Source: a virus. Taken from it: a stretch of DNA of 64,000 nucleotides. The position numbers were made by a program, and so were the translations under genes. Shown piece by piece: positions 1 to 9,914 of the stretch. The stretch spans positions 32,001 through 96,000 of the IMG/VR virus record IMGVR_UViG_3300046519_000190, one strand, 5' to 3'. Under the pieces are notes generated by a model, which did not search any database, was not told the origin of the DNA, and saw only the letters and a list, made by a program, of their open reading frames with translations. The number at the start of each line of letters is the position of its first letter. Within the stretch, counting starts at the first letter, position 1.

Positions 1-290
1 ATCACCTGGAGAGGGTCTTGGTTCGCGATTTGAAGGAGCGCTGCGGCTCTCTCGTTGTTGTGCTTCTCGTTTGCGTTCCTGACGGCCGCTGTTTTCAGCT
101 CCATCTGGTTCATTTCGTATTTCTTGGTCTCTTCTTCCAAGCTCTTCTGCCAGTGGTTCAGACTGGCTTCGCGCTCTTCGACTTGCTCGACCAGATACTT
201 GGCCTTCTGAGAGACAACGTGGTTTTCATACATCATTTTTTCGAGGTAGTTTTTCGCTGCCTCGTAATCTTCAACGGTTTTGAATTCCAT
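1..290 (-). CDS. hypothetical coiled-coil protein (5' part; runs off the window edge)
   Basis: ATG at 290 with GGAG upstream; frame open to position 1 (MEFKTVEDYEAAKNYLEKMM...LLQIANQDPLQV). Not in the ORF track. Confidence 0.7.
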   Translation of the reverse strand, partial: MEFKTVEDYEAAKNYLEKMMYENHVVSQKAKYLVEQVEEREASLNHWQKSLEEETKKYEMNQMELKTAAVRNANEKHNNERAAALLQIANQDPLQV

Positions 291-291
291 G

Positions 292-678
292 TTACCACTC
301 CGGGATCAGCAGACCGAATTTCTCACGAATCCGCAGTGCGATGGTAGCTGGATCTTCATCCAGCTCCAATAGCAGAAGTGTTTCACGAACGATGTTGGCC
401 TCTTTCAGCAGGTCCAGCTTGGTGAGCTGGATTGACCGATCGTTCGCCAGATTTACACGGTGAGCCTCTTCACGCTTACTGAATTGAACCTCCAAACCCT
501 GGTAATGGGCTTCAAGGGTTTTCAGCTCAGCCATACGCTCTTCGACGCGGATCTTTTCGATTTCACGCTCGGCTGCGAACAGCCGGCGTGCTTCTTCCAG
601 TTCGCGAACCTTCGAGTCAGCGTCAAGTGAGGCCCGCTGACGCATCTTTTCGGCGGTCTTGCGCTGCTTGGCGTTCAT
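292..678 (-). CDS. hypothetical coiled-coil protein
   Basis: 128 aa, E/R/K-rich helical sequence; start overlaps the upstream stop codon. Confidence 0.75.
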   Translation of the reverse strand: MNAKQRKTAEKMRQRASLDADSKVRELEEARRLFAAEREIEKIRVEERMAELKTLEAHYQGLEVQFSKREEAHRVNLANDRSIQLTKLDLLKEANIVRETLLLLELDEDPATIALRIREKFGLLIPEW

Positions 679-1619
679 CAGTTGATAGTCCGGTTGCCGT
701 CGAAGCGGAACGAATCAGGCTTGGCAGCAGCGATGTGGGTCGCTTCTGCTTGCACCTGGGTCTTCGGAGCCGCTGTCGCAGGCTTTGCAGTCTCATCGCG
801 AAGTTTCATGCTGGTCGCTACAGCGCGCTTGGTGTGCTCGCCTACGGTGTAGGTCATCGTATCGACCAGATCAGCCGCGCTCATGGAGTAGACAGCGACG
901 TTGGCAATGCTCAGAGCTTGCTTGGCACCAATGACACTCTCGATGGTGGCACGGGCTTGTGTCACGACCATTTCAGGGCTTGCGGAACGAGCGGTGATTG
1001 CGTGCATGACCGCACCGATCATCTGCCCGGTGAACAACACAGATGGATCGTTCATCTCCGTAATCTCTTTCGGCATGCCGGCAACGATATCGCGCTGAAT
1101 CTCCGCGAACTGCATGTGGCCGCCGGCCGCTGCAATGCCCGCTGACATGATTGCCATCACACGCGGATCGAGCTTGGCGAAACCAGTTTGACGCTGTTCG
1201 GTGTTGAAGCTTTCCAGCCTTTCGATTTGCTCCTGAGTCAAGCCTTCCATTGCCGTAGGGGCTTCGATGCTTTCAATCAGCTTGGTGATCGGCAGTTGCT
1301 GCATCGCCACGCTGACGTCGGTCAGAATCTTGATCAGGTAGGTGGACTGGATTTGTTGGTTGATCCCAAACAGATTGCTGACCTTGTTCGAGATTTCTTC
1401 ACTCTCTGGGCCAGTGCCGGAGTCGTAGTGCTCGACCAGCATAGCCATCAGCTCAGTGTAGTTTGCCTTGAACAACGGGCCAATCACCGGGTCGTCTTTC
1501 ATTTCGACCTGCATGGCGCCTGGCTGAGTCAACAACGCTGCCGCTCGCTCGATCACTTCCCAGCACTGCTCTTCGGACATCGCGTCCATTTCAACGGTTT
1601 TTGCCTTCAATTCGATCAT
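678..1619 (-). CDS. hypothetical protein
   Basis: 313-aa ORF with phage-like codon bias, downstream of a conserved promoter-like motif. Confidence 0.8.
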   Translation of the reverse strand: MIELKAKTVEMDAMSEEQCWEVIERAAALLTQPGAMQVEMKDDPVIGPLFKANYTELMAMLVEHYDSGTGPESEEISNKVSNLFGINQQIQSTYLIKILTDVSVAMQQLPITKLIESIEAPTAMEGLTQEQIERLESFNTEQRQTGFAKLDPRVMAIMSAGIAAAGGHMQFAEIQRDIVAGMPKEITEMNDPSVLFTGQMIGAVMHAITARSASPEMVVTQARATIESVIGAKQALSIANVAVYSMSAADLVDTMTYTVGEHTKRAVATSMKLRDETAKPATAAPKTQVQAEATHIAAAKPDSFRFDGNRTIN

Positions 1620-1657
1620 TGCTAGAGTCTCGCGCTGTTTAAAGAATTAGAGCGCTA

Positions 1658-1689
1658 ATAGTAGCGCTCTAAAGTAGGGGTTAGATGGG
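1658..1689 (-). promoter_or_regulatory. conserved phage promoter-like element, copy 1
   Basis: CCCA-TCTAA-CCCC-N13-TACTAT; the -10 lies at the loop of an 11-bp inverted repeat (1647-1672). Confidence 0.6.
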
Positions 1690-1719
1690 AGTCAGCTCTT
1701 CCCTGAGCTGCTACCTATG

Positions 1720-4053
1720 TCACTGACAGGCTTCGCATTCGAAGTAGGTTGCTGGGCCGGTCGCTGAAATCAGATCGAGGTTCGATTCGAAACCAGCTTC
1801 CGGCATGTTCGCTGCAACGATCGATCCTGCTGGGAACTTTTCTGCGATCTTCTCCAGCTCAGTCTTCTCAGCCTTGTCTTCGATACGACCGGCGCCGTCT
1901 TGCTCACCCTGGTTGCGGAGGTAGTAGGTCGTCTTCACGTCCAGTTCCCATGCAGTGGTGTACCAGAGGTCAAGAGTACGGCCCTTGATGTTCTTGGTAC
2001 GGTACAGATTCAGCGACTGCGACTGGTCGATCCACTTCTGACGCTTCGCAGCGGCACGGATGGACCACAGTTGATCAACTTCCCAGACGGTCTTCACCAG
2101 CTCCGGCTTGTTGTACTTGTGAAGAGAGCTGATCTGCAAGAAGCGACCGGACAGGTTCTCTTTGGTGATGGCCAGCTCGTTCGGCAACTGAATGCACTCG
2201 GTCGTGCCAACGATGTTGGCGATCGTTGCAGTCGGGGCCAGTGCGGTGATGTTGCTGTTGCGGATACCGTACTTGACGACATCTTCACGCAGCAATTGCC
2301 ATTCCATCGGCGAGAAGAAGTTGACCTTCTGATCTTTGGCCGTGTCGATGGTCAGCTTACCCTGGCTCCAAGTGGAACCTGGGAACGTTTCGTAAGCACC
2401 GCGTTCTTTGGCCAGCTCCATCGAAGCCTTGATCGAGTAGAAGTTGATCTGCTCGAAGGTTTCGTCAGCCCATTGCAGGTGATCATGCGACTCCCAGTCG
2501 ATGTCGCATTGCAGCATGGCTTCTGCGTAGCCCATGACGCCCAGGCCGATTGGACGGTGACGCATGTTGCTGCGCTTGGTTTCCGGCGTTGGGTAGTAGT
2601 TCAGGTCGATCACGTTGTCCAGCATACGCACAGCGGTGTTGACAGTGCGTTGCAGCTTGTCGCTGTCGATCTGACCGTTGCGAACATGGTTGCCCAGAAC
2701 GATAGAGCCCAGGTTGCAGACTGCGGTCTCTTCCTTGCTGTTGATCAGGGTGATTTCAGTGCAGAGGTTGCTATTGTGAACCACACCGACGTGAGCTTGC
2801 GGGTTGCGACGGTTGCAGGCGTCTTTGAACGTTACCCAGGGGTAGCCGGTACGAACGAGCTTGTCCAGATGGTTCTTCCAGACATCCATTGCCGGCAGTT
2901 GACGACGAGCCAAGCCTGCTGCTTCTGCTGCCTCGTAGGCTTTCTTGAAGTCGTCGCCGTACAGATCGTGCAGACCCGGTACGTCGCTTGGGCAGAAGAA
3001 CGACCACATGCCGCCGGCGTTCTTGCGTTCCATGAACAGGTCAGGCACCCATGCGGCCGGGTGAATGTCGTGAGTTCGCAGGTTGTCATCACCGGTCTGC
3101 AAGCGCAGGTCACAGTAGTCCATGAAATCGTCGTGCCAGTTTTCGAGGTACGGACTGAACGCACCCTTACGCTTGCCGCCCTGGTTCACTGCGACTGCGG
3201 TCTGGTTGTAGATTTTCAGGAACGGAATGATGCCGTTCGATTTTCCGTTGGTCGACTTGATCACGGACTTGTTCGCACGGACTTCGGTCCAGTCGGTGCC
3301 CACACCGCCTGCGAACTTGCTCAGCAAGGCAGACTGAGTGATACCCAGGTCGAAGATCAGTTCCAGGTCGTCTGGTACGTAGGACAGGTAGCAGCTCGAC
3401 ATCTGGCTGTGACGAGTGCCGGAGTTGAACAGCGTTGGGGTCGACGGAACGTAGTCCATCTGGCTCATGACGTTGTAGAACTCGATGGCGCGTTCAGTTG
3501 GGTTCTGCTCAGTCAGAGCCAGGCCCATTGCGACACGCATCCAGAAGTGTTGCGGCATTTCGTAGATCGCTTTGCCGCTGTTGTGTGCCAGTGGGCGGGT
3601 CAGCAGATAGCGGTCAGCGATGGTCTGAATGCCCAGATAGGCGAACAGATCGTCACGCTCTGGGTTGATAGCGGCATCGATTGCTTCGAGGTCGAACCGG
3701 CCATCCATCAGACGGCTGTCGAGCTGTTGGTACAGAATGCCCTGGCTGAGCATTGCGCGGATCGAAGGGTACTTGATGTCGCCGCCGGTGACTTGCTTGT
3801 AGATCGACTGGAGGATGAAGCGCGCCGTTACCTTGTCGAAGTCCGGCTGTGCGAGGCTGATCAGAGAGCTTGCGGTTTGAATTTGAGCCTGAGCGATTTC
3901 TTTGGTCGGCATGCCATCGTAGAACTGAATCTGGAGAGAGGCATCAAGCTCGCTCTGGCAGACGTTCAAATCTCGGCATGCCCACTTGCTGTGAGCCATG
4001 ATCTTGGTGATATCCAAATCTTGCAACGAGCCATTGGATTTAGTGACCTGCAT
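1720..4053 (-). CDS. nrdA: class Ia ribonucleotide reductase alpha subunit with N-terminal ATP cone
   Basis: MQVTKSNG ATP-cone start, PSTPTLFNSG, SSCY, NSNLCTEI active site, APTATI, TTYY radical-transfer tyrosines, C-terminal CEAC; AAGGA RBS before ATG 4053. Confidence 0.95.
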   Translation of the reverse strand: MQVTKSNGSLQDLDITKIMAHSKWACRDLNVCQSELDASLQIQFYDGMPTKEIAQAQIQTASSLISLAQPDFDKVTARFILQSIYKQVTGGDIKYPSIRAMLSQGILYQQLDSRLMDGRFDLEAIDAAINPERDDLFAYLGIQTIADRYLLTRPLAHNSGKAIYEMPQHFWMRVAMGLALTEQNPTERAIEFYNVMSQMDYVPSTPTLFNSGTRHSQMSSCYLSYVPDDLELIFDLGITQSALLSKFAGGVGTDWTEVRANKSVIKSTNGKSNGIIPFLKIYNQTAVAVNQGGKRKGAFSPYLENWHDDFMDYCDLRLQTGDDNLRTHDIHPAAWVPDLFMERKNAGGMWSFFCPSDVPGLHDLYGDDFKKAYEAAEAAGLARRQLPAMDVWKNHLDKLVRTGYPWVTFKDACNRRNPQAHVGVVHNSNLCTEITLINSKEETAVCNLGSIVLGNHVRNGQIDSDKLQRTVNTAVRMLDNVIDLNYYPTPETKRSNMRHRPIGLGVMGYAEAMLQCDIDWESHDHLQWADETFEQINFYSIKASMELAKERGAYETFPGSTWSQGKLTIDTAKDQKVNFFSPMEWQLLREDVVKYGIRNSNITALAPTATIANIVGTTECIQLPNELAITKENLSGRFLQISSLHKYNKPELVKTVWEVDQLWSIRAAAKRQKWIDQSQSLNLYRTKNIKGRTLDLWYTTAWELDVKTTYYLRNQGEQDGAGRIEDKAEKTELEKIAEKFPAGSIVAANMPEAGFESNLDLISATGPATYFECEACQ

Positions 4054-4141
4054 GTTTGAGTCCTTACACATGATGTTGTGGGTAAATGGGCTGTCTTACA
4101 CAGCCCATTGTATATCGAGGGGGAGAAAGTGTACCCGGCAG

Positions 4142-4708
4142 CTACTTGGTAAAGCTAGCTGTCATCTTGCGGAGCATGGTGATGAGGGCTTTGAAATCAT
4201 CCTCTGCCATGCCCGCATTGATAGCCGCTACGGCGTCTGCAAGGTGTTCGTTGTTGAGGGTCAGCTTGCCACCGCGCTGTAACCAATTGATATCTGGGAA
4301 CTTGGCGTGTGCCCAGGCGATCATTTCTTCTTTGGTCGCATTGCGATCGCCGGTCGAGTGAACCTTAACCTGGTTCGGGCTGACCTGAATCACCGGGATG
4401 TCCAGCGATGCGATCAGAGCGATGCAAGCCCCGTAGGACTTCATGGCGTCAGCAGACTGACTACCGATCGGCATTTCAACGAATGCGATTTCGGCACCAG
4501 CCTCGGCTGCTTTGATGGCTTCGTAGAGAATCCGGGTGCGGTCGTAGTCGTCGCTGCTCTTGCGAACAGTCTTGGACTTGCCCTTCTCGGTCTTGACCAG
4601 CTCGACCTCTTCCACTTCCCACTCAAGGGTTTTCAAGTCGAGCCAGCCCTTTGCGATGCCGGTGTTCCGAAGACTTGGGTCGATGCCGATGATTTTGATC
4701 TTGCTCAT
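4142..4708 (-). CDS. RuvC-like Holliday junction resolvase
   Basis: IIGIDPSLRNTG, FVE, and HLADA acidic motifs; ATKEEMI helix. Confidence 0.85.
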   Translation of the reverse strand: MSKIKIIGIDPSLRNTGIAKGWLDLKTLEWEVEEVELVKTEKGKSKTVRKSSDDYDRTRILYEAIKAAEAGAEIAFVEMPIGSQSADAMKSYGACIALIASLDIPVIQVSPNQVKVHSTGDRNATKEEMIAWAHAKFPDINWLQRGGKLTLNNEHLADAVAAINAGMAEDDFKALITMLRKMTASFTK

Positions 4709-5229
4709 TTCAGCCAGCTCCAGGTTCTACCGCTTAGAACGTCGTTGATTGTGCGGTGAGAGACGCCAAGGTCTCTTGCCATTTTGAGTTTCAAACTGGA
4801 GCTCCACTTCTTCACTCTGCGAATTCGACGCACTGCTGCCGGGTTCAGCTTCGCACCCGTCACGTCAGAACCCCAGAGTTTGGTTCCGTGAAGCTCCTTG
4901 TCATTCTCGTTCTCTTCCTGAGTCGCCCACTTGAGGTTTGCGAGCCAGTTGTTGCGAGAATTGCCATCGATATGCGCTGCCTGATGCTTCTCAGAGGGCG
5001 CACAGCCCACGAACGCTTCCAAGACGAGCCGATGTACTCGTTTGTTCTTTTCGACGCCCATATCGTCTCTGATGCGCACCCGAAGGTACTCGGTCTTCGA
5101 GTCTTTGGTCTTCTTGTGAACGCTCTGCTTGAGGAACAGTGGGTTCAGACCCTTAAACGACCGTACCCGGCCCAGGCTTGACACCTGATAGTCCGGGAAG
5201 CCGTCGATGTTGCGCCAATCTTCTCTCAT
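4705..5229 (-). CDS. NUMOD4-HNH homing endonuclease
   Basis: EDWRNIDGFPDYQVSSLGRVRS (NUMOD4), VHRLVLEAF, HIDGNSRNN...NLKWATQEEN (HNH), C-terminal HTH; GGAGG plus TAATG coupling. Confidence 0.9.
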   Translation of the reverse strand: MREDWRNIDGFPDYQVSSLGRVRSFKGLNPLFLKQSVHKKTKDSKTEYLRVRIRDDMGVEKNKRVHRLVLEAFVGCAPSEKHQAAHIDGNSRNNWLANLKWATQEENENDKELHGTKLWGSDVTGAKLNPAAVRRIRRVKKWSSSLKLKMARDLGVSHRTINDVLSGRTWSWLK

Positions 5230-6080
5230 TATGCCCAACCTCCAATCTCGTATTTTGCGTTTGGATTATTCTCGGCTTTGAACTCAGCCTTAACGATCAC
5301 TTCCGGCTTCTTGAACAGGAAGCGCTTGTCGTTCAGCACGCCCTGGCGCTCAAGTGGTTCAGCCAGATCGAGGATCGCATCGAACACCGCCATCGATTCG
5401 TTGACCATTTCACTGAACAGAGCGATGCCTGTGTCACGCGAACAGCCTCTGTGACGACCAGCCATTCGAACCTTCGAACCGTGCTCGTACATTTCCGGCA
5501 GATCGATCAGGAAGTCTTCACGAAGCGGGCCTTCTGGGTCACCACCATCACGATAGGTGCCGGTGCTGACCGATATCATGAACTTCTTGTTTGTGCCGTC
5601 ATCGTTCTCGGCCGCTACCAGACTCGACAGACGATTGGGTACTTGATCGATCGGCAGATTTCTTTCTTCGGGGGATCCAACAATGACGTCAGCTTTCGTT
5701 CTCCACACACGGGTGACTTTCATCGGCCCGTTGTAGATTGGTCCCCAATGCCGAGCATTCGCAATCCATCTGGTGAACTCGTCGAGTCGAGCTCCAACTC
5801 GCCTGACCCCGTTGATAGCAGCCAGACGATCTTCGTTGGTCTCTTCCGAGAGAAGGGTGCCTTCGATCCTGGTCAGCCAGCCGTTGACCTTTCTGACCAG
5901 CTCATTGGGCGTCTTGATGATGAAGCCAAGAATCTCTTCTGCTGTCACCTTCGGTTCATCGATGAACCGCCCAAGTGGCGTCGGTATGCCACCGTAATTG
6001 GCAAGAACGTCATAGTTCAGCATTGCTTCGCGGAACTCATTGACGGTCTTGTAGCCGGCTGTCTTGAGGAAGTATTGCAT
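5229..6080 (-). CDS. hypothetical protein
   Basis: 283 aa, TAATG-coupled to both neighbours; ends ...KYEIGGWA. Confidence 0.75.
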   Translation of the reverse strand: MQYFLKTAGYKTVNEFREAMLNYDVLANYGGIPTPLGRFIDEPKVTAEEILGFIIKTPNELVRKVNGWLTRIEGTLLSEETNEDRLAAINGVRRVGARLDEFTRWIANARHWGPIYNGPMKVTRVWRTKADVIVGSPEERNLPIDQVPNRLSSLVAAENDDGTNKKFMISVSTGTYRDGGDPEGPLREDFLIDLPEMYEHGSKVRMAGRHRGCSRDTGIALFSEMVNESMAVFDAILDLAEPLERQGVLNDKRFLFKKPEVIVKAEFKAENNPNAKYEIGGWA

Positions 6081-6775
6081 TATGCCCACCCACCAAAGTC
6101 TGTCTGCCCGTATTGCTTCGCTCGCTCAGCCATCATTTCGTCTTTGTAGGCTTGCGGTCGCAGAATAGAGCCAAGTCTTGTGAATGCAGCCCGGACATCA
6201 GCGTCGTCCATCGCCTTGCTCTCAAGCTTGGTGATGTACGCTGCGATTTCAGGGCTTACAGTGTTCAGGTACTCACGGGTGTAGCCGATCGTACCGGTAT
6301 TCATGCTGTGTAGCTTGGTTGAGCCCAGCGCTGCGACTCTGAACAGGTACACACGCTCATCGCCAACAACGTGGGCACACATCGGCACCCAGACCAGCTC
6401 ACAGCCTTTCCCGATGATCGGAGCGTTGGTGTTTGGACCGCCACCCTCGTACATCGCCGCGATCTGCTGTTTCATCTGCACCGGGTTCATACCCAGGTGA
6501 CGCACAGTCTGGAACAGGCTGTTCATCTTCCGGCACAGCCAGTCTTCTGCATCTGCATAGACTTGGAGAACGTCGTCGTTGATGACCACATTGTCTTCGC
6601 TGACTTCACGCAGGGCTTTGATGATCGCCGCCCCTTTGATAGTCACCGCGCGAATGGACACCTCTTTACCAAGCTCCATTCTGCGGATGTAGTCTTTAGA
6701 GAGTGCCCACTCTCTGCGGCGAAAAGTCTCGCCGCAAAGATCGGGATCAGTCTCTAATCCTTTGATTAGAGGCAT
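6080..6775 (-). CDS. hypothetical protein
   Basis: GAGGA RBS before ATG 6775; ends ...QTDFGGWA. Confidence 0.75.
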   Translation of the reverse strand: MPLIKGLETDPDLCGETFRRREWALSKDYIRRMELGKEVSIRAVTIKGAAIIKALREVSEDNVVINDDVLQVYADAEDWLCRKMNSLFQTVRHLGMNPVQMKQQIAAMYEGGGPNTNAPIIGKGCELVWVPMCAHVVGDERVYLFRVAALGSTKLHSMNTGTIGYTREYLNTVSPEIAAYITKLESKAMDDADVRAAFTRLGSILRPQAYKDEMMAERAKQYGQTDFGGWA

Positions 6776-6782
6776 CTTTTCC

Positions 6783-8735
6783 TCACAGTACAGTGTTAGG
6801 TTCGATGGTAGATTTACCACCCTTCTTCGTGACGGTCACGCTGTTGCGGATACTATCACGAAGATCACTATGGCTAATTACCAGCACAGTACCCTTGTCG
6901 CGAGACTTGGCATCGAGGATTGCCATCAGACGCTCAAGACCGGCTGCATCGAGGGCCGTATCGATTTCGTCCGCGATGAAGAGCTTGATCGGCTTGTTGG
7001 CTCGACTTGCAACCAGGTCTTGCAGGGCCATTGCACACGCCAGACGGACCTTACGCTTCTCACCACCGGACAGGTCTTTGAAGCTCTCGCCACCAGTCTT
7101 GGACTGGACGTCGATCACGAACTTCTCGCGCAGCTCACCTTTGGCGGTCTTGCTGACGGTCGACCAGATCGCTGCGACGTTGCCGTCAGTCAGCGTGGAC
7201 AGGTAGTGCGACGTGCGGGCGTTCAGATGCGGCGTGACTGTATCCAGGATGTGAGCACGAACGCCGGCCGGGTTGTACACGCGAAGGGCTTCTTCGGCTA
7301 CGAACAGGTCTTTGGCTGCGTCGACGCGCTTCTCTTCCACTTCCTCGATCTTGGCATTGATCGTGTCGATCTGGTCACGGGCATCGTCGATCTGTTGGGT
7401 GTACGGGTCTTTCTTGTCTTTCTCAGCCTGCACGGCCGATTTGGCTGCTTCGAGCCCGGTCTTCTGACGATTCCAGGCTGTCAGAGCCGCGTCCAGCTTC
7501 GCGACGTTCTCTCCAATCGTCGTCAGCTCTGCTGTGAGCGCTGAAACGTCTGTCATGCTCGCACGATACGCACTGAGCGCGCTTTGCGCTGCTGCTTTCG
7601 CTGTAGACGCTTTGTCGTGCGTGTCTGTTGCTGCTTTCACTTTCGCTGCTGCTGCGTCACGCACGTTCGTGGCACGATCAAGGCTGGCCTTGAGGTCGAC
7701 TTCTTCTGAACCCAGAACGTGGCCGCAGGTCTTGCACGGTTGACCGACGTCTTCACCGACGTGCTCAAGGTTGTGCTGAGCCTCATCCAGACGCTGCTGG
7801 AACGACTTCACTTGCATACCGGCATGAGCATCAGCCATACCAGCATCGCCTGCTACGTCAGCCAGACGACGCTCTTCCACACGCTCTGCATCCGACCCGG
7901 CGATCTTGTCGCGGGTGTCAGACAGTTGCTTGGTCAGTTGGGCCTTCTTCTTGACGATCCGGTCGCCCAGAGCATCGTCGAAAGAGGCTTCGAGTGTGAC
8001 CACGTTCGCTTCTGCGTCTGCGATATGGACAAGCTTGCTCGCTTCCCAGTCGGTCGAACGCACACCCAGCGATGCGATGTTGCTGTTCAGCAATTCGATG
8101 TTGGACTGGAGCTTGTCGATCTTGGCCTGATGGTCTTGAACGATCAGCTTGCGGTCTTTGACATGACGGTTCGCGATGTCTGCGGCCGCTTGAAGTTGTG
8201 CAATGCCGGCGCTCTCTTCGATCAGCACCTTCAATTGCTTGTCAGTCATGCCTGGCAGATCGGGCATCGCTTCTTGCCCGGCGTAGATCGCGCTGGAGAA
8301 GACTTCGAGGTTGCAACCAATCACCTTCTCGACCAGCGCTTGGGTGATCTTGTCGGTGCCACCAGTCAGGTCTTTCCAACCCGACGTACCGACTTGCAGC
8401 TCCAGGCGCAGCATGTTCTTGAAGGTCTTGTGCTTGCGGTAGCGGGCGATGCGGTACACGTCATCAGTGTCTTCGTCGACCACAGTCACTTCGACAGCGG
8501 TATCTTTCTTCGCTGTGCGGTTGACGATCTTGTCACCAGACTGACCTTTCGCAGTCTCGCCGTAGAACGCCCAGCACAGGGCATCCGGGATGGTCGACTT
8601 GCCAGACCCGTTCGAGTCTTGCGAGGTGTCATCCTTGTTGTCGCCTTGCACCAGAACCAAACCCTTGTCATCAAGGGCAACTTGTACTTCACCGATCGCG
8701 GCGAAGTTTTGAATTGTCAGGCCAAGAATCTTCAT
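6783..8735 (-). CDS. SbcC/Rad50/gp46-like SMC ATPase
   Basis: Walker A NGSGKST, coiled coils, CKTC zinc hook, LSGGE signature, Walker B FIADE; ATGA overlap with the upstream nuclease. Confidence 0.92.
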   Translation of the reverse strand: MKILGLTIQNFAAIGEVQVALDDKGLVLVQGDNKDDTSQDSNGSGKSTIPDALCWAFYGETAKGQSGDKIVNRTAKKDTAVEVTVVDEDTDDVYRIARYRKHKTFKNMLRLELQVGTSGWKDLTGGTDKITQALVEKVIGCNLEVFSSAIYAGQEAMPDLPGMTDKQLKVLIEESAGIAQLQAAADIANRHVKDRKLIVQDHQAKIDKLQSNIELLNSNIASLGVRSTDWEASKLVHIADAEANVVTLEASFDDALGDRIVKKKAQLTKQLSDTRDKIAGSDAERVEERRLADVAGDAGMADAHAGMQVKSFQQRLDEAQHNLEHVGEDVGQPCKTCGHVLGSEEVDLKASLDRATNVRDAAAAKVKAATDTHDKASTAKAAAQSALSAYRASMTDVSALTAELTTIGENVAKLDAALTAWNRQKTGLEAAKSAVQAEKDKKDPYTQQIDDARDQIDTINAKIEEVEEKRVDAAKDLFVAEEALRVYNPAGVRAHILDTVTPHLNARTSHYLSTLTDGNVAAIWSTVSKTAKGELREKFVIDVQSKTGGESFKDLSGGEKRKVRLACAMALQDLVASRANKPIKLFIADEIDTALDAAGLERLMAILDAKSRDKGTVLVISHSDLRDSIRNSVTVTKKGGKSTIEPNTVL

Positions 8736-9820
8736 ACGGTAATGCTCTCGACTTCGGTGAGGATGTCCATGCACAGCTTCTCTACTTCTGGCTGTGTACT
8801 GGTCGCGGAGTTCGCACGAATCCAATCAGTCACAGACTGACGGACAGTTGGTGCGGTTGGAGCTGGAGTACCCGGCGCTGGACGCGCTGTCGCAGTACCC
8901 TTTGGAACCGGGATTGCATCGACGTTGCAACCGAGCGCGCCCAGACCAACGATGTGGTCACGGATCATGTCGATTTCGTCGTTGTCAGCTTCACCCAGGC
9001 GAACACGAATGAACGAGCCTTTGCACTGCTCGGCCGCTTCGTCATCGTCCCAGGACAGGTCGAAGTCTTTGAACTGCGGGCTGTTGTTCTTGAAGTGATT
9101 CACGCCAGTGTCATCGACGATGATGTGGCCGGCCAGAGTCTTCACGTCGCTCCAGGTTTGATGCGTCAGAGCACCCACGCTGTAGACTTCGCCTTCGAAC
9201 GCTTTGTGATTGTGGTAGTGACCGGAGAACACACGCTTGAAGCCCAGACGCTCCAGCTCTTTGGCGTAGAAGCCGTGATCAGGGATACCGAACAACACGC
9301 CGTTCACGGGCGCATGCAGCATGAGAGTGTAGCTGGAAGCGTCGTCGCCCAGGTCTTGAATCTCTGCAACCGCGTCGATGATGTGCTTGCGGACGTCATC
9401 GAGACTGTCATACCAGGGGATCATGACCACGCAGTCATCGTGGAAGGTCTTCGGACGGCTGACGATAGTCACGCCTTCGATTGGGCTCAGAGCTTCACAG
9501 GCGTTGCTCAGCGCTTCACTGTCACGGCTTTCGAGGTCGTGGTTGCCGGTCAGCACACGAATCTTCAAGCCTTTGATGGCGAGCTTGATGAACAGGTCTT
9601 TGACAGGGTTCAGAACCTTCGGGCTGACAGAGCCACGAACATGAAACAGGTCGCCGGTGATGTACAGGGTGTCACCACCGCTGCTCAGAACTTGATCGCC
9701 GGCAAGCTCAGTGGCATTGAGAATGTCTTGCAGTCGGCTGTTCACGCCGCTCGGGAGAATTCGTGAAAACTGGGACCATCCGTGCATGTGTACATCGGAG
9801 ATTACGCCATAAGGTTTCAT
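8732..9820 (-). CDS. SbcD/Mre11/gp47-like metallophosphoesterase nuclease
   Basis: SDVH, GDLFH, GNHD, GHYH motifs; adjacent to the SbcC-like gene. Confidence 0.92.
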   Translation of the reverse strand: MKPYGVISDVHMHGWSQFSRILPSGVNSRLQDILNATELAGDQVLSSGGDTLYITGDLFHVRGSVSPKVLNPVKDLFIKLAIKGLKIRVLTGNHDLESRDSEALSNACEALSPIEGVTIVSRPKTFHDDCVVMIPWYDSLDDVRKHIIDAVAEIQDLGDDASSYTLMLHAPVNGVLFGIPDHGFYAKELERLGFKRVFSGHYHNHKAFEGEVYSVGALTHQTWSDVKTLAGHIIVDDTGVNHFKNNSPQFKDFDLSWDDDEAAEQCKGSFIRVRLGEADNDEIDMIRDHIVGLGALGCNVDAIPVPKGTATARPAPGTPAPTAPTVRQSVTDWIRANSATSTQPEVEKLCMDILTEVESITV

Positions 9821-9854
9821 TGGTTGAGCGTCTCGCTGTTTGATTTGAGTTGCT

Positions 9855-9886
9855 ATTCTGCGCGATTGCGCATGGGCTTGCGTGGG
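9855..9886 (-). promoter_or_regulatory. conserved phage promoter-like element, copy 2
   Basis: CCCA-CGCAA-GCCC-N13-CAGAAT, upstream of the sbcD-like gene. Confidence 0.55.
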
Positions 9887-9914
9887 GTCTGCTAGCTACC
9901 CGAAGGTAGAATAG

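Noticed and set aside
1900-4059. 719-aa plus-strand ORF
   Set aside because: Antisense shadow of nrdA produced by codon bias; no recognisable motifs or RBS
4095-4140. Ninth copy of the CCC promoter motif upstream of nrdA
   Set aside because: A TACAAT box and a hairpin are present, but the C boxes are not at the conserved spacing
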